This document shows positions 50,938 through 60,912 of a stretch of 64,000 nucleotides of DNA, in pieces. Below the pieces are notes generated by a model. It was not told where the DNA came from and did no database searches. It saw only the letters and a program-made list of their open reading frames with translations. The position numbers and the translations under genes are program-made. Origin of the DNA: an uncultured delta proteobacterium (GTDB taxonomy: Bacteria > Desulfobacterota > Binatia > Binatales > Binataceae); NCBI GenBank assembly GCA_963765675.1, contig CAVXXK010000014.1, forward strand, positions 1-64,000, given 5' to 3'. Positions within the stretch are counted from its first letter, which is position 1. Every line of letters begins with the position of its first letter.

Positions 50938-51900
50938 TCACAAATATCCAACTTCACGCTTGACTGCGTATTCCTCTTTGACCTGGGCTGCTTCTTCCGC
51001 CAGCGGCGCTCCCATCGCCAGCCCCATCGGGATCCGGATCACGATGTTGAAGGCTGTCACAGCCAGGGACAGAGCAAAAAGATCGCCCTTGCTGGCAAAG
51101 CGCGCGAAAGCCAAGGTGAAGATTAGCTGCGTCGTTCCAATTCCTCCCGGAGAGATTGGCGAATTGCCAATCGCCACGATGAACGGCGTCATTGCCAGTG
51201 TCTGCGCCAGCGGAACCCCAATATGAAAACTCATTAACTGCCCATACAGAGCAAAGCCTTCTCCCAGAACAATTAGAAACTTGATGGAAAGAAGGCTCAC
51301 GTACTGCGAAGGTAACGCGACGCGGAAACTCTCCATCGAGGGCCGATCATAGATCCATCGCAGCCAATTGCTACTGGCGAGCCTCCGACCCCAACAGAGC
51401 CAGAACGAGGCGATCAGACAGCATATGGCTAAAACGACTGCCGCATAGTTGAAAGCAGGACGGATGGGCGACGTCGGCACCAGAGCGATCGCGACCAGCA
51501 AGAGCGCGGCCAGCATCGCGGCGTCCAGAAAGCCCTGGAACATCAGCGTCCATACGGCCTTTATCCACGGCGCTTCTTTGTGGGAGTGCAGAAAGAGAAC
51601 CAGCGCACCGCCGGCGACATATGAATTAACAATCTGAAGGAAGCTGACTGCGGCCATGGTCGGAAGCAGTTCGAGCGTCCCGGTACGACGATGGAAATAA
51701 CTGAACAAACGCGAGAGCAATACTGTCTCGCCGATAAACCAGCATAGAAACCCACCGAGGCTAGCAACGACAAAAACCCAAAGCGTCGCGTGGCTTCCCG
51801 CGTCCGAAACCTGGCTCCATGAGATTCCACGCGCGGCGTAACCGACGATTGCCGCGGCTATCGAGTATGCTACGAGATTTTGAATCCACGTCTTACTCAA
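50938..51900 (-). CDS. Lysylphosphatidylglycerol synthase TM/UPF0104 flippase-like protein
   Basis: Multiple TMs; PISPGGIGTTQ motif. Confidence 0.8.
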   Translation of the reverse strand: MSKTWIQNLVAYSIAAAIVGYAARGISWSQVSDAGSHATLWVFVVASLGGFLCWFIGETVLLSRLFSYFHRRTGTLELLPTMAAVSFLQIVNSYVAGGALVLFLHSHKEAPWIKAVWTLMFQGFLDAAMLAALLLVAIALVPTSPIRPAFNYAAVVLAICCLIASFWLCWGRRLASSNWLRWIYDRPSMESFRVALPSQYVSLLSIKFLIVLGEGFALYGQLMSFHIGVPLAQTLAMTPFIVAIGNSPISPGGIGTTQLIFTLAFARFASKGDLFALSLAVTAFNIVIRIPMGLAMGAPLAEEAAQVKEEYAVKREVGYL

Positions 51901-52521
51901 AACACTCTGACTCAGTGATCCACAATAATGCAGGACGCCCGAGAATTCTTGATATATCTTGATGTTGAAAGGTTATCCGCGGCACAATCCGTTAGACCAC
52001 TCCAGATGACCAATCACGCTCCTACGCCATCTGCGAGAGATGCATTTGTTGGACTGGGATCGATGTCCAGCATGGCTTTGCGCTGTTTGGATTACTCGCG
52101 GCCGTCCTCTGGAGTTCAACGCTTGTTAGCGTCCGATTCTCGATCGGAATTCGCGCAATGAACGACAACTGGCGCGTGGAGGATAGGTGCGAAGTGACAG
52201 CGCGCGTTTCGAGGATGCTGCCGTTCGGAGAGCAATTCGCATTCGACTGCCCTATCCGCCAGCGAGTCCACAATTAGGGCGCTCTCCGCAGAGGACTCCA
52301 GGTCCGGTTTGCGCGACAATTGGTGTTGGCCCGTTCCCAGGCGGACACGCTTTGAACCTTCTCCCGGGTCCACTGCGCCGGCATTGACGTGACCTTGCCT
52401 CCGTCGATAAAGAAAGCAATTCGGTGGCGCCTTTCTTCGGCACAAGCAGGTCTACAAACAGTTGGCGCGATGTGACAGGTTTGGTTCCAGATGAGCGCTT
52501 ACGGATTGATCGGAAGTTCAA

Positions 52522-53337
52522 ATGAAGATTGCTACGTTCAACGTCAACGGTATCAGCGCTCGCCTATCGGCGCTCATCCGATGGCTGGCAGAATCCAGGC
52601 CAGATGTTGCCTGCCTTCAGGAGCTGAAGGCGCCCCAGGACAGATTTCCGGAAGCCGCTATTCGCGAAGCCGGTTACGGCGTGATCTGGCATGGGCAGAA
52701 GAGCTGGAACGGTGTCGCGATCCTCGCGCGAGGCGCAGATCCCGTCGAGAGTCGTCGCGCTCTGCCCGGCGATCCGCAGGACCCGCACAGCCGCTATATC
52801 GAGGCTCTGATCAACGACGTGCGCATAGGATGCCTGTACCTGCCCAACGGCAATCCAGCGCCCGGTCCTAAGTTCGATTACAAACTGCGATGGTTGGAAC
52901 GCTTGACGAGGCACGCGCAAGAGCTACTCGCAGTTGCGGAGCCGGTAGTTCTCGCCGGCGACTACAACGTTATCCCGACGGATATCGACGTCTACAAGCC
53001 CGAGCGCTGGGTCAAGGATGCGCTCTTTCTGCCGGAGGTGCGGAAGGCATTCGCTAATCTTCTGGCAATGGGCTGGACCGACGCCGTGCGTAAGCTACAT
53101 CCAGATGATCGCATCTACACTTTTTGGGATTACTTCAGAAACAATTATGCGCGTGATGCCGGCATGCGCATCGACCATCTGCTTCTGAGCCCGACGGCGT
53201 CTCCTCGTCTGGTCAGCGCAGGCGTCGATCGCGAAGTCCGCGGCTGGGAAAAAGCGAGCGACCACGCGCCAACATGGATCGTGCTCGAGGACCAAGCGCA
53301 ATCAAGTGCTGGCGAAGCGACGAGTCGCTCGAGATGA
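52522..53337 (+). CDS. xth: Exodeoxyribonuclease III
   Basis: MKIATFNVNG, LQELK, YLPNGNP, GDYNV, RIDH and SDHAP motifs. Confidence 0.95.
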   Translation: MKIATFNVNGISARLSALIRWLAESRPDVACLQELKAPQDRFPEAAIREAGYGVIWHGQKSWNGVAILARGADPVESRRALPGDPQDPHSRYIEALINDVRIGCLYLPNGNPAPGPKFDYKLRWLERLTRHAQELLAVAEPVVLAGDYNVIPTDIDVYKPERWVKDALFLPEVRKAFANLLAMGWTDAVRKLHPDDRIYTFWDYFRNNYARDAGMRIDHLLLSPTASPRLVSAGVDREVRGWEKASDHAPTWIVLEDQAQSSAGEATSRSR

Positions 53338-53878
53338 CTGTTGTAATTGCGGAAGACTGAAGACCTCCGCGCGAGGAGAACTGACCTGGGCCGTGTGTCA
53401 GCGCGTGCCCGACTGGCGGTGAACCGGAGGATGAGCGGGCGGAGGCGGAGCAAGGTTCATGTAGTCCTCCCAGTCATCGGATGAATCGTTTCGGTAGGCG
53501 ATTGCGCCGAACAACGCGATTCCAACGACCTCGAGGATCAGGATTGCAGATGAGTACGTCTCTTTCATGACGTGCACGGTTTTACCTATTGCTGCCCGAG
53601 CCGACTGCGATATCCGTCCGGCATCGAACAAACTCAGAGCGACTGAAACATGGGCAACCTGACTCGAATTGTGCCGTGATCCTTTGTTAAACATCGATAT
53701 TTCCGAGCATTCCTTTCGCCTTTGGCGGTCAAATTCACCGTTGGTCTAATATGAGAGGTCAGGGCTCACAACACGGTCGAAATTAGAGAGTAAAACAAGT
53801 ATGAGTAGTGCGTATAAGCGAATGAACAAACGGCACCGCGAGATCCATCTTCAGTCTGCAGCCAGGGGAAATGCCCAG

Positions 53879-54175
53879 ATGCACAGCTTCGAGAAGATCC
53901 TCACGATCGCCGAGGTCGCGCAGATCCTGCGCATGCATCGCAATACGGTATATCGACTCGTCAAGCGCGGAGACCTGCCGGGCTTCAAGATCGGAGACAA
54001 TTGGAGGGTCAAAGAGAAAGCGCTGAGGACGGTGCTCGGGCGCGAAACCGATCGATCTTCGACTCTGACGGGCGGGGCGGCGTCTGGTGCGACTTCCCAC
54101 GAGACCGGTCCGTCGCGGGCGAAGCAACTTTCCATCCAGTCTGAAGTGGAAGGAAAGTCTAACCGCGTGCTCTAA
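53879..54175 (+). CDS. Excisionase/BldC-like HTH_17 protein
   Basis: ILTIAEVAQILRMHRNTVYRLVKRGDLPGFKIGDNWR. Confidence 0.8.
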   Translation: MHSFEKILTIAEVAQILRMHRNTVYRLVKRGDLPGFKIGDNWRVKEKALRTVLGRETDRSSTLTGGAASGATSHETGPSRAKQLSIQSEVEGKSNRVL

Positions 54176-54230
54176 AGAATCCAGCAAATCAATATTCCTC
54201 CGGAGCACTGCGGCGACGCTCGACATATCC

Positions 54231-55589
54231 TTATCGAGCACCGCGCCGCCATGCGCAGACTCGCACTGTCTCGAGCAAGATCTGCAAATCAAAGAAAAAA
54301 CTTGAATGTTTTACGTAGTACAGATCGCGCGCAAAAACCTCGCCTCGGTTTTCCACGCTCGCAGCATAGTCACACCGAATTTGCGACCATCCGGTAATTC
54401 CGGGCTTGACCAGATGCCGTAACCCGAAGTGAGGAATTGTCGCTGTCAGCTCGGTAACCTGAAGTGGATGGAACGGACGAGGGCCTACCAAACTCATCTC
54501 GCCTTTAATCACGTTGATCAATTGAGGAACTTCGTCCATATGAAGCCCGCGCATGACCTTGCCGATCCGCGTCACCCGTGGATCGGATTCCCCGGTTGAC
54601 CATGAAGAGGCGTCACCGGGTATGGTTTTTTCCTCGTACATCGAGCGGAACTTGTACATCGTAAAGCGGCGGCCGTTCTCGCCGATCCGTTCTTGCCTGT
54701 AAATTGCCGGCCCAGGTGAATCCAACTTGATTGCCAGCATGGTGAGTAAAGAAATCGGCGACGTCAGTATCAGCGCCAAAGAAGCAACGACCAGATCGCG
54801 GGTTCGCCGGATGGCGCGCCGAGCGACCGACAGCGACATCATGCGCGAGGTCGCAAATTCGCAGATTCCGCTGGGGCCGAGGATTACCTTTCCGTATGCT
54901 CGTTCGGAAAAGAATCGCAATTCCTCGATCTGGATTCTGCGTTCGCGGCACAGCGCAAGAAACGGTACCGCGCAATCGCTATCTAGAAGCTCCGGATCGA
55001 TCACGATCCTTTTCGGATAAGACTGAGGTTCCTTGATACCAGCGAGTGTGGCCTGCGCTTTTTCCAGCGAATCTCCGATCCAAAGGAAGTCGAAACTGAG
55101 ATCCTTGTGCCGCTCATTCTCTCCGGTCAGTTGGTCGCGGAGCGGATCACGAGCAACGATGCCGAGCAGCGAGGTTGGACTGGCCGAAATGCCAGAATGG
55201 TCGATCGTGAGCCGCGCGAGAAGTATGAACAATACGGTCAGAAGCGTATGTGCCAGCATCAGGCGAGGATCCAGATTCAGAATATGAGTCGCTGCTGTTA
55301 CTAACCCGACCGCAACGAGCAGGATACCGGTCGCTTGAATCAAGTTCAGCAACAGAGCACGAGTAAAACTCATCAAGGCCGCGTCGTAGAGATCCATTAC
55401 GTAGAAAATCGCTACGTAAAGGACCACCACGCCGAGAGTCTGGAAAAGCAGCGACGTTAGTGAAAGAGGTTGGTTAAGAGAGGCGCAATTCAACGTAACA
55501 AGCAGGAGGGCGCTCAATCCCAGCCATAGTAATTCAGCACCAAAAGTGATCAGAATACGCGGACCAATGTAAATTCCGCCTATAGACAT
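54231..55589 (-). CDS. Polyprenyl glycosylphosphotransferase (priming sugar transferase of EPS locus)
   Basis: N-terminal TMs; DSPGP, YKFRSM, DPRVT, MSLVGPRP and KPGITGWSQ motifs. Confidence 0.95.
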   Translation of the reverse strand: MSIGGIYIGPRILITFGAELLWLGLSALLLVTLNCASLNQPLSLTSLLFQTLGVVVLYVAIFYVMDLYDAALMSFTRALLLNLIQATGILLVAVGLVTAATHILNLDPRLMLAHTLLTVLFILLARLTIDHSGISASPTSLLGIVARDPLRDQLTGENERHKDLSFDFLWIGDSLEKAQATLAGIKEPQSYPKRIVIDPELLDSDCAVPFLALCRERRIQIEELRFFSERAYGKVILGPSGICEFATSRMMSLSVARRAIRRTRDLVVASLALILTSPISLLTMLAIKLDSPGPAIYRQERIGENGRRFTMYKFRSMYEEKTIPGDASSWSTGESDPRVTRIGKVMRGLHMDEVPQLINVIKGEMSLVGPRPFHPLQVTELTATIPHFGLRHLVKPGITGWSQIRCDYAASVENRGEVFARDLYYVKHSSFFFDLQILLETVRVCAWRRGAR

Positions 55590-55681
55590 AGACCTGATTG
55601 AGTCGCTTCAGACCGAGAGCTTCTCTCCCTCTTGTGGTGGCGAGGATTCGGATAAGAGACTCGACAAGAAAACCACCTCAG

Positions 55682-56053
55682 CTATCCGGGAGTTATCCGC
55701 CGCATGAATAACGCTCCGCCGAAGAGTCCGAAGCCCACCAATATCAGAGAGAGACCGGAACCGGAGTTGGCGGGCTGGGATTGAGACGCGACAGTGCTAT
55801 CCGCATTTTTCGGAGCCGTGTCCATACGCGCAAAGTCTTGTTGCGGCGCGTTAGGCGCTATGTACCGGACAGGAATCGGAGGCTCGGAGTTCATGTAAGA
55901 GGAATGCTGTGACGCAAATGAATCGGGTCCAACATAGTCGTCGTTGAAGAGCTCATGCTTCGCGCCAATCGCGATGGACGAAAGTCCCAAAACGATGAGT
56001 GCCACAAGGGTTGCGACAATCCGCGGGTGCGTCGATGTTTTCAGGAGTCGCAT
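55682..56053 (-). CDS. Small exported protein with C-terminal TM and basic tail (PEP-less sorting-signal-like)
   Basis: N-terminal signal; ends SQPANSGSGLSLILVGFGLFGGALFMRRITPG. Confidence 0.6.
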   Translation of the reverse strand: MRLLKTSTHPRIVATLVALIVLGLSSIAIGAKHELFNDDYVGPDSFASQHSSYMNSEPPIPVRYIAPNAPQQDFARMDTAPKNADSTVASQSQPANSGSGLSLILVGFGLFGGALFMRRITPG

Positions 56054-56062
56054 TGGCTTCAA

Positions 56063-56545
56063 CTATGAGTTGCGGCTGGTCTCGGCTTCTCGGCGCTTCG
56101 ATACCGTTCGGTGGCGTTGCACCAGAATCAGGGCAGATAGACCCACCGCGAAAAGTAGTACAGAGCTGGGTTCCGGGGTCGGAGAGCCGCCGACAGGATC
56201 GCCCGCACCAGAGCGAGATCCCGAGTTACCCGCGTAGGGGCTATTATGTTGCCTGGATTTCTTGGTTTGAGCTTTCGTTAGAGCATCATCCCGATGATCG
56301 GGTTGATCGAGTATCACGTTTCGCAAACCTGAATTCCCGATGGTCATACTGTCGGAGGCGACAAGGACCTGAGCGATAGGCACCGCAGTCGCGGCACCAC
56401 GAGCCACGGGCATCGCAGTTTGCAACGCCGGAGCGGGCAATATCGCAGCGTGGACCATTGCCGGCATCAGGAACGCGCAGAGCGCGGTTGTCGCGAAAGT
56501 GATTGCCTTGGACTTAGTCAACGTTGGTAATGTACTGAGTTGCAT
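56063..56545 (-). CDS. PEP-CTERM sorting-domain protein
   Basis: Signal peptide (..MVHA); C-terminal PTPEPSSVLLFAVGLSALILVQRHR. Confidence 0.9.
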   Translation of the reverse strand: MQLSTLPTLTKSKAITFATTALCAFLMPAMVHAAILPAPALQTAMPVARGAATAVPIAQVLVASDSMTIGNSGLRNVILDQPDHRDDALTKAQTKKSRQHNSPYAGNSGSRSGAGDPVGGSPTPEPSSVLLFAVGLSALILVQRHRTVSKRREAETSRNS

Positions 56546-56765
56546 GTGTCGATATTACTATTGCTGGTCAACCAGATCGATCGAATGATGGCTACACGTA
56601 GGGATTCCGTCTCAACGGGAGGGTGCGTTTTCCCGATACAGTCGCGAACCTCGGGTAATTCTGACCATAGATATGTCCAAGAAGTCGGAAAACCCGCCTC
56701 AGGTGCCGCCGATGAGACGGTTCGCCGGGAACAAATCGGAAATGAAAATTCCGAACTCGATTCAG

Positions 56766-58412
56766 TCAGAAGGAAGCCGGCTTCGACGCGTCTGGCGCGG
56801 GCAGGAATTGCTCACTCAAGATCGGCAGGGCGACCCCGACCAATGCTGAAGCTCGCGCAACGGCGGATTGAGTGGTCGTTGTGATAGGAGTCGAAAATCT
56901 GATCAAACATCCGTAGCTGCGGCCCGCGGTTGCGCTGTCCCACATCGTTTGAAACGCGCCTTTGAGCTCGCTCGTTTGGGGAGCGCCCTGTTCCAGGTAC
57001 CAGTACAGTACGAGAATCCGATCACTCTCGCGGCCGAAGACAACTTCGTTGACTTCGAGCGGAGGATCGGATTCACCAAAATAGAGCGGAGCCAGCGTGC
57101 GCCGCTCAACCGTCCACCCTGAACCGGGAATGCAATGCAGCGGCGAATGCATCGTGCTGCCCTGCAGTTGTCGTGGATAAAATGCTACGTGCAGCAGCAC
57201 GGGCTCGTCCTGAGATCCATCCGAGTATTGGCGCATCAGCACGTCGCGCGTGCCCAAGCTCTCAAACTGGCTTTCGGTTAAGGAGAGGTCACGGCCGTGC
57301 CAGTTATCGATATCGCGCGGAAAGGACGCCAACGATTCGCGCAGCGGCTCTGGTCGAACTGTTCGCAGTCCCTGGCGATGCATCGCAGAGACGACCAGCA
57401 AAACTGCGATAACCGCCAGCACCGAAATCCCTGGCGCAGACCTGGATGAGTTCTGTATCGGATTCACCGCCTTGATCGGCTCGGAAGTTCGCGCAGACAC
57501 CGCAAGTCTGCCGCTCACGAAGAGAATAATCAGAGTTCCAATCGCAAAAGTTACGACGCCAATCGACGCATGAGTAAATCCTTCGGCTGCCCGAGGCCCC
57601 CAAAGGTTAGCTGCAATAGCGGCGGCAGATATGCGTGCTGCGTTAAGACCAATGGCGATCGGAATTGCGCTCAGAACCAACAGGACCGAGCGCACAGGGC
57701 TGCGCACAAAAAGAAAGCTGACGATGCAGGCGAGGGCACTCAGCGCAAACAAAGAATGCAAGCCCGCGCACGCCTCGACCACCTCCAGGGACACGTTCTT
57801 CAGAACGAGAACATTGCCTTCTCGCAACACGGATACGCCACCCAGATGCAAGAGGTGGGTCGCCAACACGCTCGACAGAAGTTGTAATTGAAACGTCAGT
57901 GGCAGATAGACGAGTGCGGGAAGAGGCAAGCAGAAAAAAAGAATGCCATAGGGAAACGCTAAACTTCGCATCGTGCTGCGGCCCAGAGCAACAACCGTGA
58001 GACCCGCGATCATGATCAGGAACGAGAGTCGGGAAAGAAAAACAATGGTGGTCAAGTCGGCGGCGAGGAGCAGAGCGCAAGCTCCCAGTACGACGAAGAT
58101 TCCGGCGATGTCCGGCCGGATGAGTGGTTTCACCGTAAAGCGTTCTTGCCGGTGAAGGTTGTGGTATCCGAGATAGATTGCGACGAACGGCAGCAGAAGT
58201 GCGAAAGAGTAACTGGGATCCGTTTCCAGGTCGACAATCCACTCGCGCAAAATTGAAGCATAGAGCGCCAGCGTCAACGCGATCGACGCGATTAGAGCGA
58301 AGATAATCCATGGGCTGTCAGCAAAAGAGGTCCGTTGATCTTCGCGTTCGCACGGCATGTCCGCGCGTCTTGGGTTTCCAGAGGATAACTTCACTGTCGG
58401 CAACACTCTCAT
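56766..58412 (-). CDS. Exosortase fused to EpsI domain
   Basis: REGNVL, VVEACAGL (Cys), NAARI (Arg), FTH (His); EpsI HSPLHCIPGSGW and VLYWY; start uncertain. Confidence 0.9.
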   Translation of the reverse strand: MRVLPTVKLSSGNPRRADMPCEREDQRTSFADSPWIIFALIASIALTLALYASILREWIVDLETDPSYSFALLLPFVAIYLGYHNLHRQERFTVKPLIRPDIAGIFVVLGACALLLAADLTTIVFLSRLSFLIMIAGLTVVALGRSTMRSLAFPYGILFFCLPLPALVYLPLTFQLQLLSSVLATHLLHLGGVSVLREGNVLVLKNVSLEVVEACAGLHSLFALSALACIVSFLFVRSPVRSVLLVLSAIPIAIGLNAARISAAAIAANLWGPRAAEGFTHASIGVVTFAIGTLIILFVSGRLAVSARTSEPIKAVNPIQNSSRSAPGISVLAVIAVLLVVSAMHRQGLRTVRPEPLRESLASFPRDIDNWHGRDLSLTESQFESLGTRDVLMRQYSDGSQDEPVLLHVAFYPRQLQGSTMHSPLHCIPGSGWTVERRTLAPLYFGESDPPLEVNEVVFGRESDRILVLYWYLEQGAPQTSELKGAFQTMWDSATAGRSYGCLIRFSTPITTTTQSAVARASALVGVALPILSEQFLPAPDASKPASF

Positions 58413-58945
58413 AGATTATCCAAATAAGAGAGATGGCGACGGCCATTTGGGAGGCGCACGCCGATTACCATATCTTGCATACACGAGATTTTGGCTATTC
58501 CTGACATGAATACGCGATGCTGGCCTGTCGAACGTGTGACTTGCTTTTCCGATCCGTGACCGGACTGGAGTCTTTCGAAGGGTTTCGTCCCGTTGTCAGC
58601 AACATCTGTGTACAGAGGACCTCAGGCATTCGGAAAGGTACTAAACGTGTATCATGGTAATAGAATTATGAAGGTGGATTGAAATGACGCGCTTTGCTCG
58701 TCTTATCAAGCAATACTTCGATGGTTGTGCAGATTCACCTCGTCACGTGAGATTTTCGATTGAGCATGGAGTGAGTCTTGCGAGAGAATAGCTATGTTCT
58801 TTTTTCCTGATTTGAGATTGGCAGTGGGGTGCTTGGAGTCGGGAGCGGAAGAAAACCGCCCAGTCGCGGAGCCTGTCGAAGCCCTTATGCATGGGAGGGC
58901 GGACGCTCACCTTAACAGCTTCAACCCGAACGAGGGCCCGTACAG

Positions 58946-59635
58946 ATGGAGTGTGAGCATATCCCCGAAGTCGCTGGAGCAAGGGGAATTCGAGCGCGCG
59001 GCACAATTGACGCCCTGCAAAGGGTCAGAGTCATTGTGGGCGGCAACATCTCATCAGCTATTCTCCTGGTCCTGGCGGTGACAACCTCTGGATGCTTCGG
59101 CGGAACGCCGGTTCAGACGCAGGTGGTTGCCAGGCCGGCGGAGTCGGCGGACGTCGGACCTTACAAGATCGGCCGCGACGATGTTCTTGAGGTTCTGGTG
59201 TGGAAACAGGAGCAGCTTAGCGGACGGATCCGAGTCGCCAGTGACGGCACGATCATGTTGCCACTCATCGGTCAAGTAAAAGCTGCTGGCCTGACTACCA
59301 ATGAACTGCAGACCGACCTGACGGCGCGCTTTGTCCGCTTCGTCCACGATCCCAAAGTAACTGTGCGGGTGTTCGATCCGGCCAGTCGAGTGTTTTACGT
59401 CCTCGGCGAAGTGTCCAAACCGGGAATGTATAAACTCATGTCAGGGGAAGTCTTGTCGCAGGCGCTTGCCGCCGCAGGCGGGCCGACCGAATACGCGAAC
59501 CTGAGGAAAATCAAGATCGTGCGCCGCAGCGGTGACCAGCAGGTCGAAATGACGGTCAACTACAGTGGTGTTCGCAGCGGCGATCTGAGAGCCGACGTTC
59601 CGCTTGAGCGTGGCGATACGATCACGGTGCCGTGA
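58946..59635 (+). CDS. Polysaccharide export protein (Wza/Poly_export + SLBB)
   Basis: Lipobox TSGC; YKIGRDDVL, DGTIMLPLIG, VLGEV..PG and LERGDTITVP motifs. Confidence 0.9.
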   Translation: MECEHIPEVAGARGIRARGTIDALQRVRVIVGGNISSAILLVLAVTTSGCFGGTPVQTQVVARPAESADVGPYKIGRDDVLEVLVWKQEQLSGRIRVASDGTIMLPLIGQVKAAGLTTNELQTDLTARFVRFVHDPKVTVRVFDPASRVFYVLGEVSKPGMYKLMSGEVLSQALAAAGGPTEYANLRKIKIVRRSGDQQVEMTVNYSGVRSGDLRADVPLERGDTITVP

Positions 59636-60912
59636 CAACAATGCGGGGGATCGTAATCTGGGGCTGTCTCAGTTTGATGGTACTCGGTGCGGCGCGTTGT
59701 TCATGCGCTGCGGAACTCTCGATATGGCCGATGGCGGAGCTCGACGAGATTTACGACAACAACGTGAAGCTCACGCCGACCAATCGCAAGGGCGATTTCG
59801 TGACCGTCGAATCGTTCGGCGCCACTCTCGAGGCGTCTACAGCAGCGCGGGACTTCTTTCTCACGTACCAAACCCAATTGCTGGAATACACTTCCTATTC
59901 GGATCTCGATCGTTTTGGGAAAGACCATGCCGCGAATCTGCGTGACGAGGAATTCTTGACGCCCGCCACCACGCTCACGATCTCGGACAGTCTGCTGGTC
60001 GGAAATGCGGTGAGCAACGGTATCCTGGCCAATGGCGCCACCCCGATTGGCGCCCAGTTGATGCAATCGCTATTCTACCAATCCTCGACTCTAAGTAACG
60101 ATTTCGCGCTCGATCTCACTTCGCGCTACAGCAACTCATTCAGTTGGACGGCGGACGTTCACCAGTACCTCTTCATGACCCTGTCTGGCTCGTCGTCTTC
60201 TTCCAGCGGAAGTGGGTTGTTCTTCGACCAGGGGGGAGCATTGGGAGGCCAGTGGGAGCTTCCCGAGCGATTTGCGGCCGGGTTTGCCTTCCAATTCGAT
60301 GATTTCCGCTCCAACGGTGAGCTGCCGACCACGCAGACCTATTGGCCTCAGTTCAAGATGGGATGGGGTGAAGGAAGTCCATTTTCGATCCTCGCACAGG
60401 TGGGACCGATCGTCTCCGATAGCTCGTCCGGCACGATCGTTTCTGCCGGCCTTTCGGGAGTGCCCGTATCGACTGACATTGCTGCAAAAACCGAAGTCAA
60501 TGTCGGATACGTTGTGAGCGCCAACTACCATGACCGGAGGCTGACCATCAGCGCCTCTGCCGGACAGGAACCGGGATTCGGCGCTGGGTTTGCCGGCTAC
60601 GCGGCAGAACAGACTTACGGCGTGCTAGCCAGTTATAAGCTCAGCCGGCGGGCGACGATCTTTATCAACGGCGGGTATTTCACGGTCAGCGGCACCGGTG
60701 TGTCTGCGGACGTTTATACGTACACGGGTGGTATGACGTACAAGCTCAATGAGTATTTTACACTGAGCGCGAACTATCTGGGATTCCAGACCAAAGCTAG
60801 TGGATCGGCGGTGGCTGGGACATTGGTGGCCGTTCCGGGAAAGCGAGCGACGGTCAATCTGGTGCAGGCCGGTATCACGTTTGCCCCGCCGTCGTTCAAG
60901 TGGAGAATCTAA
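59632..60912 (+). CDS. EPS-associated outer-membrane beta-barrel protein
   Basis: Signal peptide, YDNNV motif, beta-strand pattern; position between wza-like and wzz-like genes. Confidence 0.7.
   Translation: MTTMRGIVIWGCLSLMVLGAARCSCAAELSIWPMAELDEIYDNNVKLTPTNRKGDFVTVESFGATLEASTAARDFFLTYQTQLLEYTSYSDLDRFGKDHAANLRDEEFLTPATTLTISDSLLVGNAVSNGILANGATPIGAQLMQSLFYQSSTLSNDFALDLTSRYSNSFSWTADVHQYLFMTLSGSSSSSSGSGLFFDQGGALGGQWELPERFAAGFAFQFDDFRSNGELPTTQTYWPQFKMGWGEGSPFSILAQVGPIVSDSSSGTIVSAGLSGVPVSTDIAAKTEVNVGYVVSANYHDRRLTISASAGQEPGFGAGFAGYAAEQTYGVLASYKLSRRATIFINGGYFTVSGTGVSADVYTYTGGMTYKLNEYFTLSANYLGFQTKASGSAVAGTLVAVPGKRATVNLVQAGITFAPPSFKWRI

Noticed and set aside
51928-52521. Short ORFs between the flippase-like gene and xth
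   Set aside because: Overlapping, motif-less and without clear RBS; probably intergenic or relic DNA
53398-53694. Small TM-containing ORF on the minus strand
   Set aside because: Only a single hydrophobic stretch supports it and the start is ambiguous; not enough to call
58818-58835. Sigma-54 promoter TGGCAGTGGGGTGCT upstream of the wza-like gene
   Set aside because: GG-to-GC spacing is 9 nt rather than the required 10
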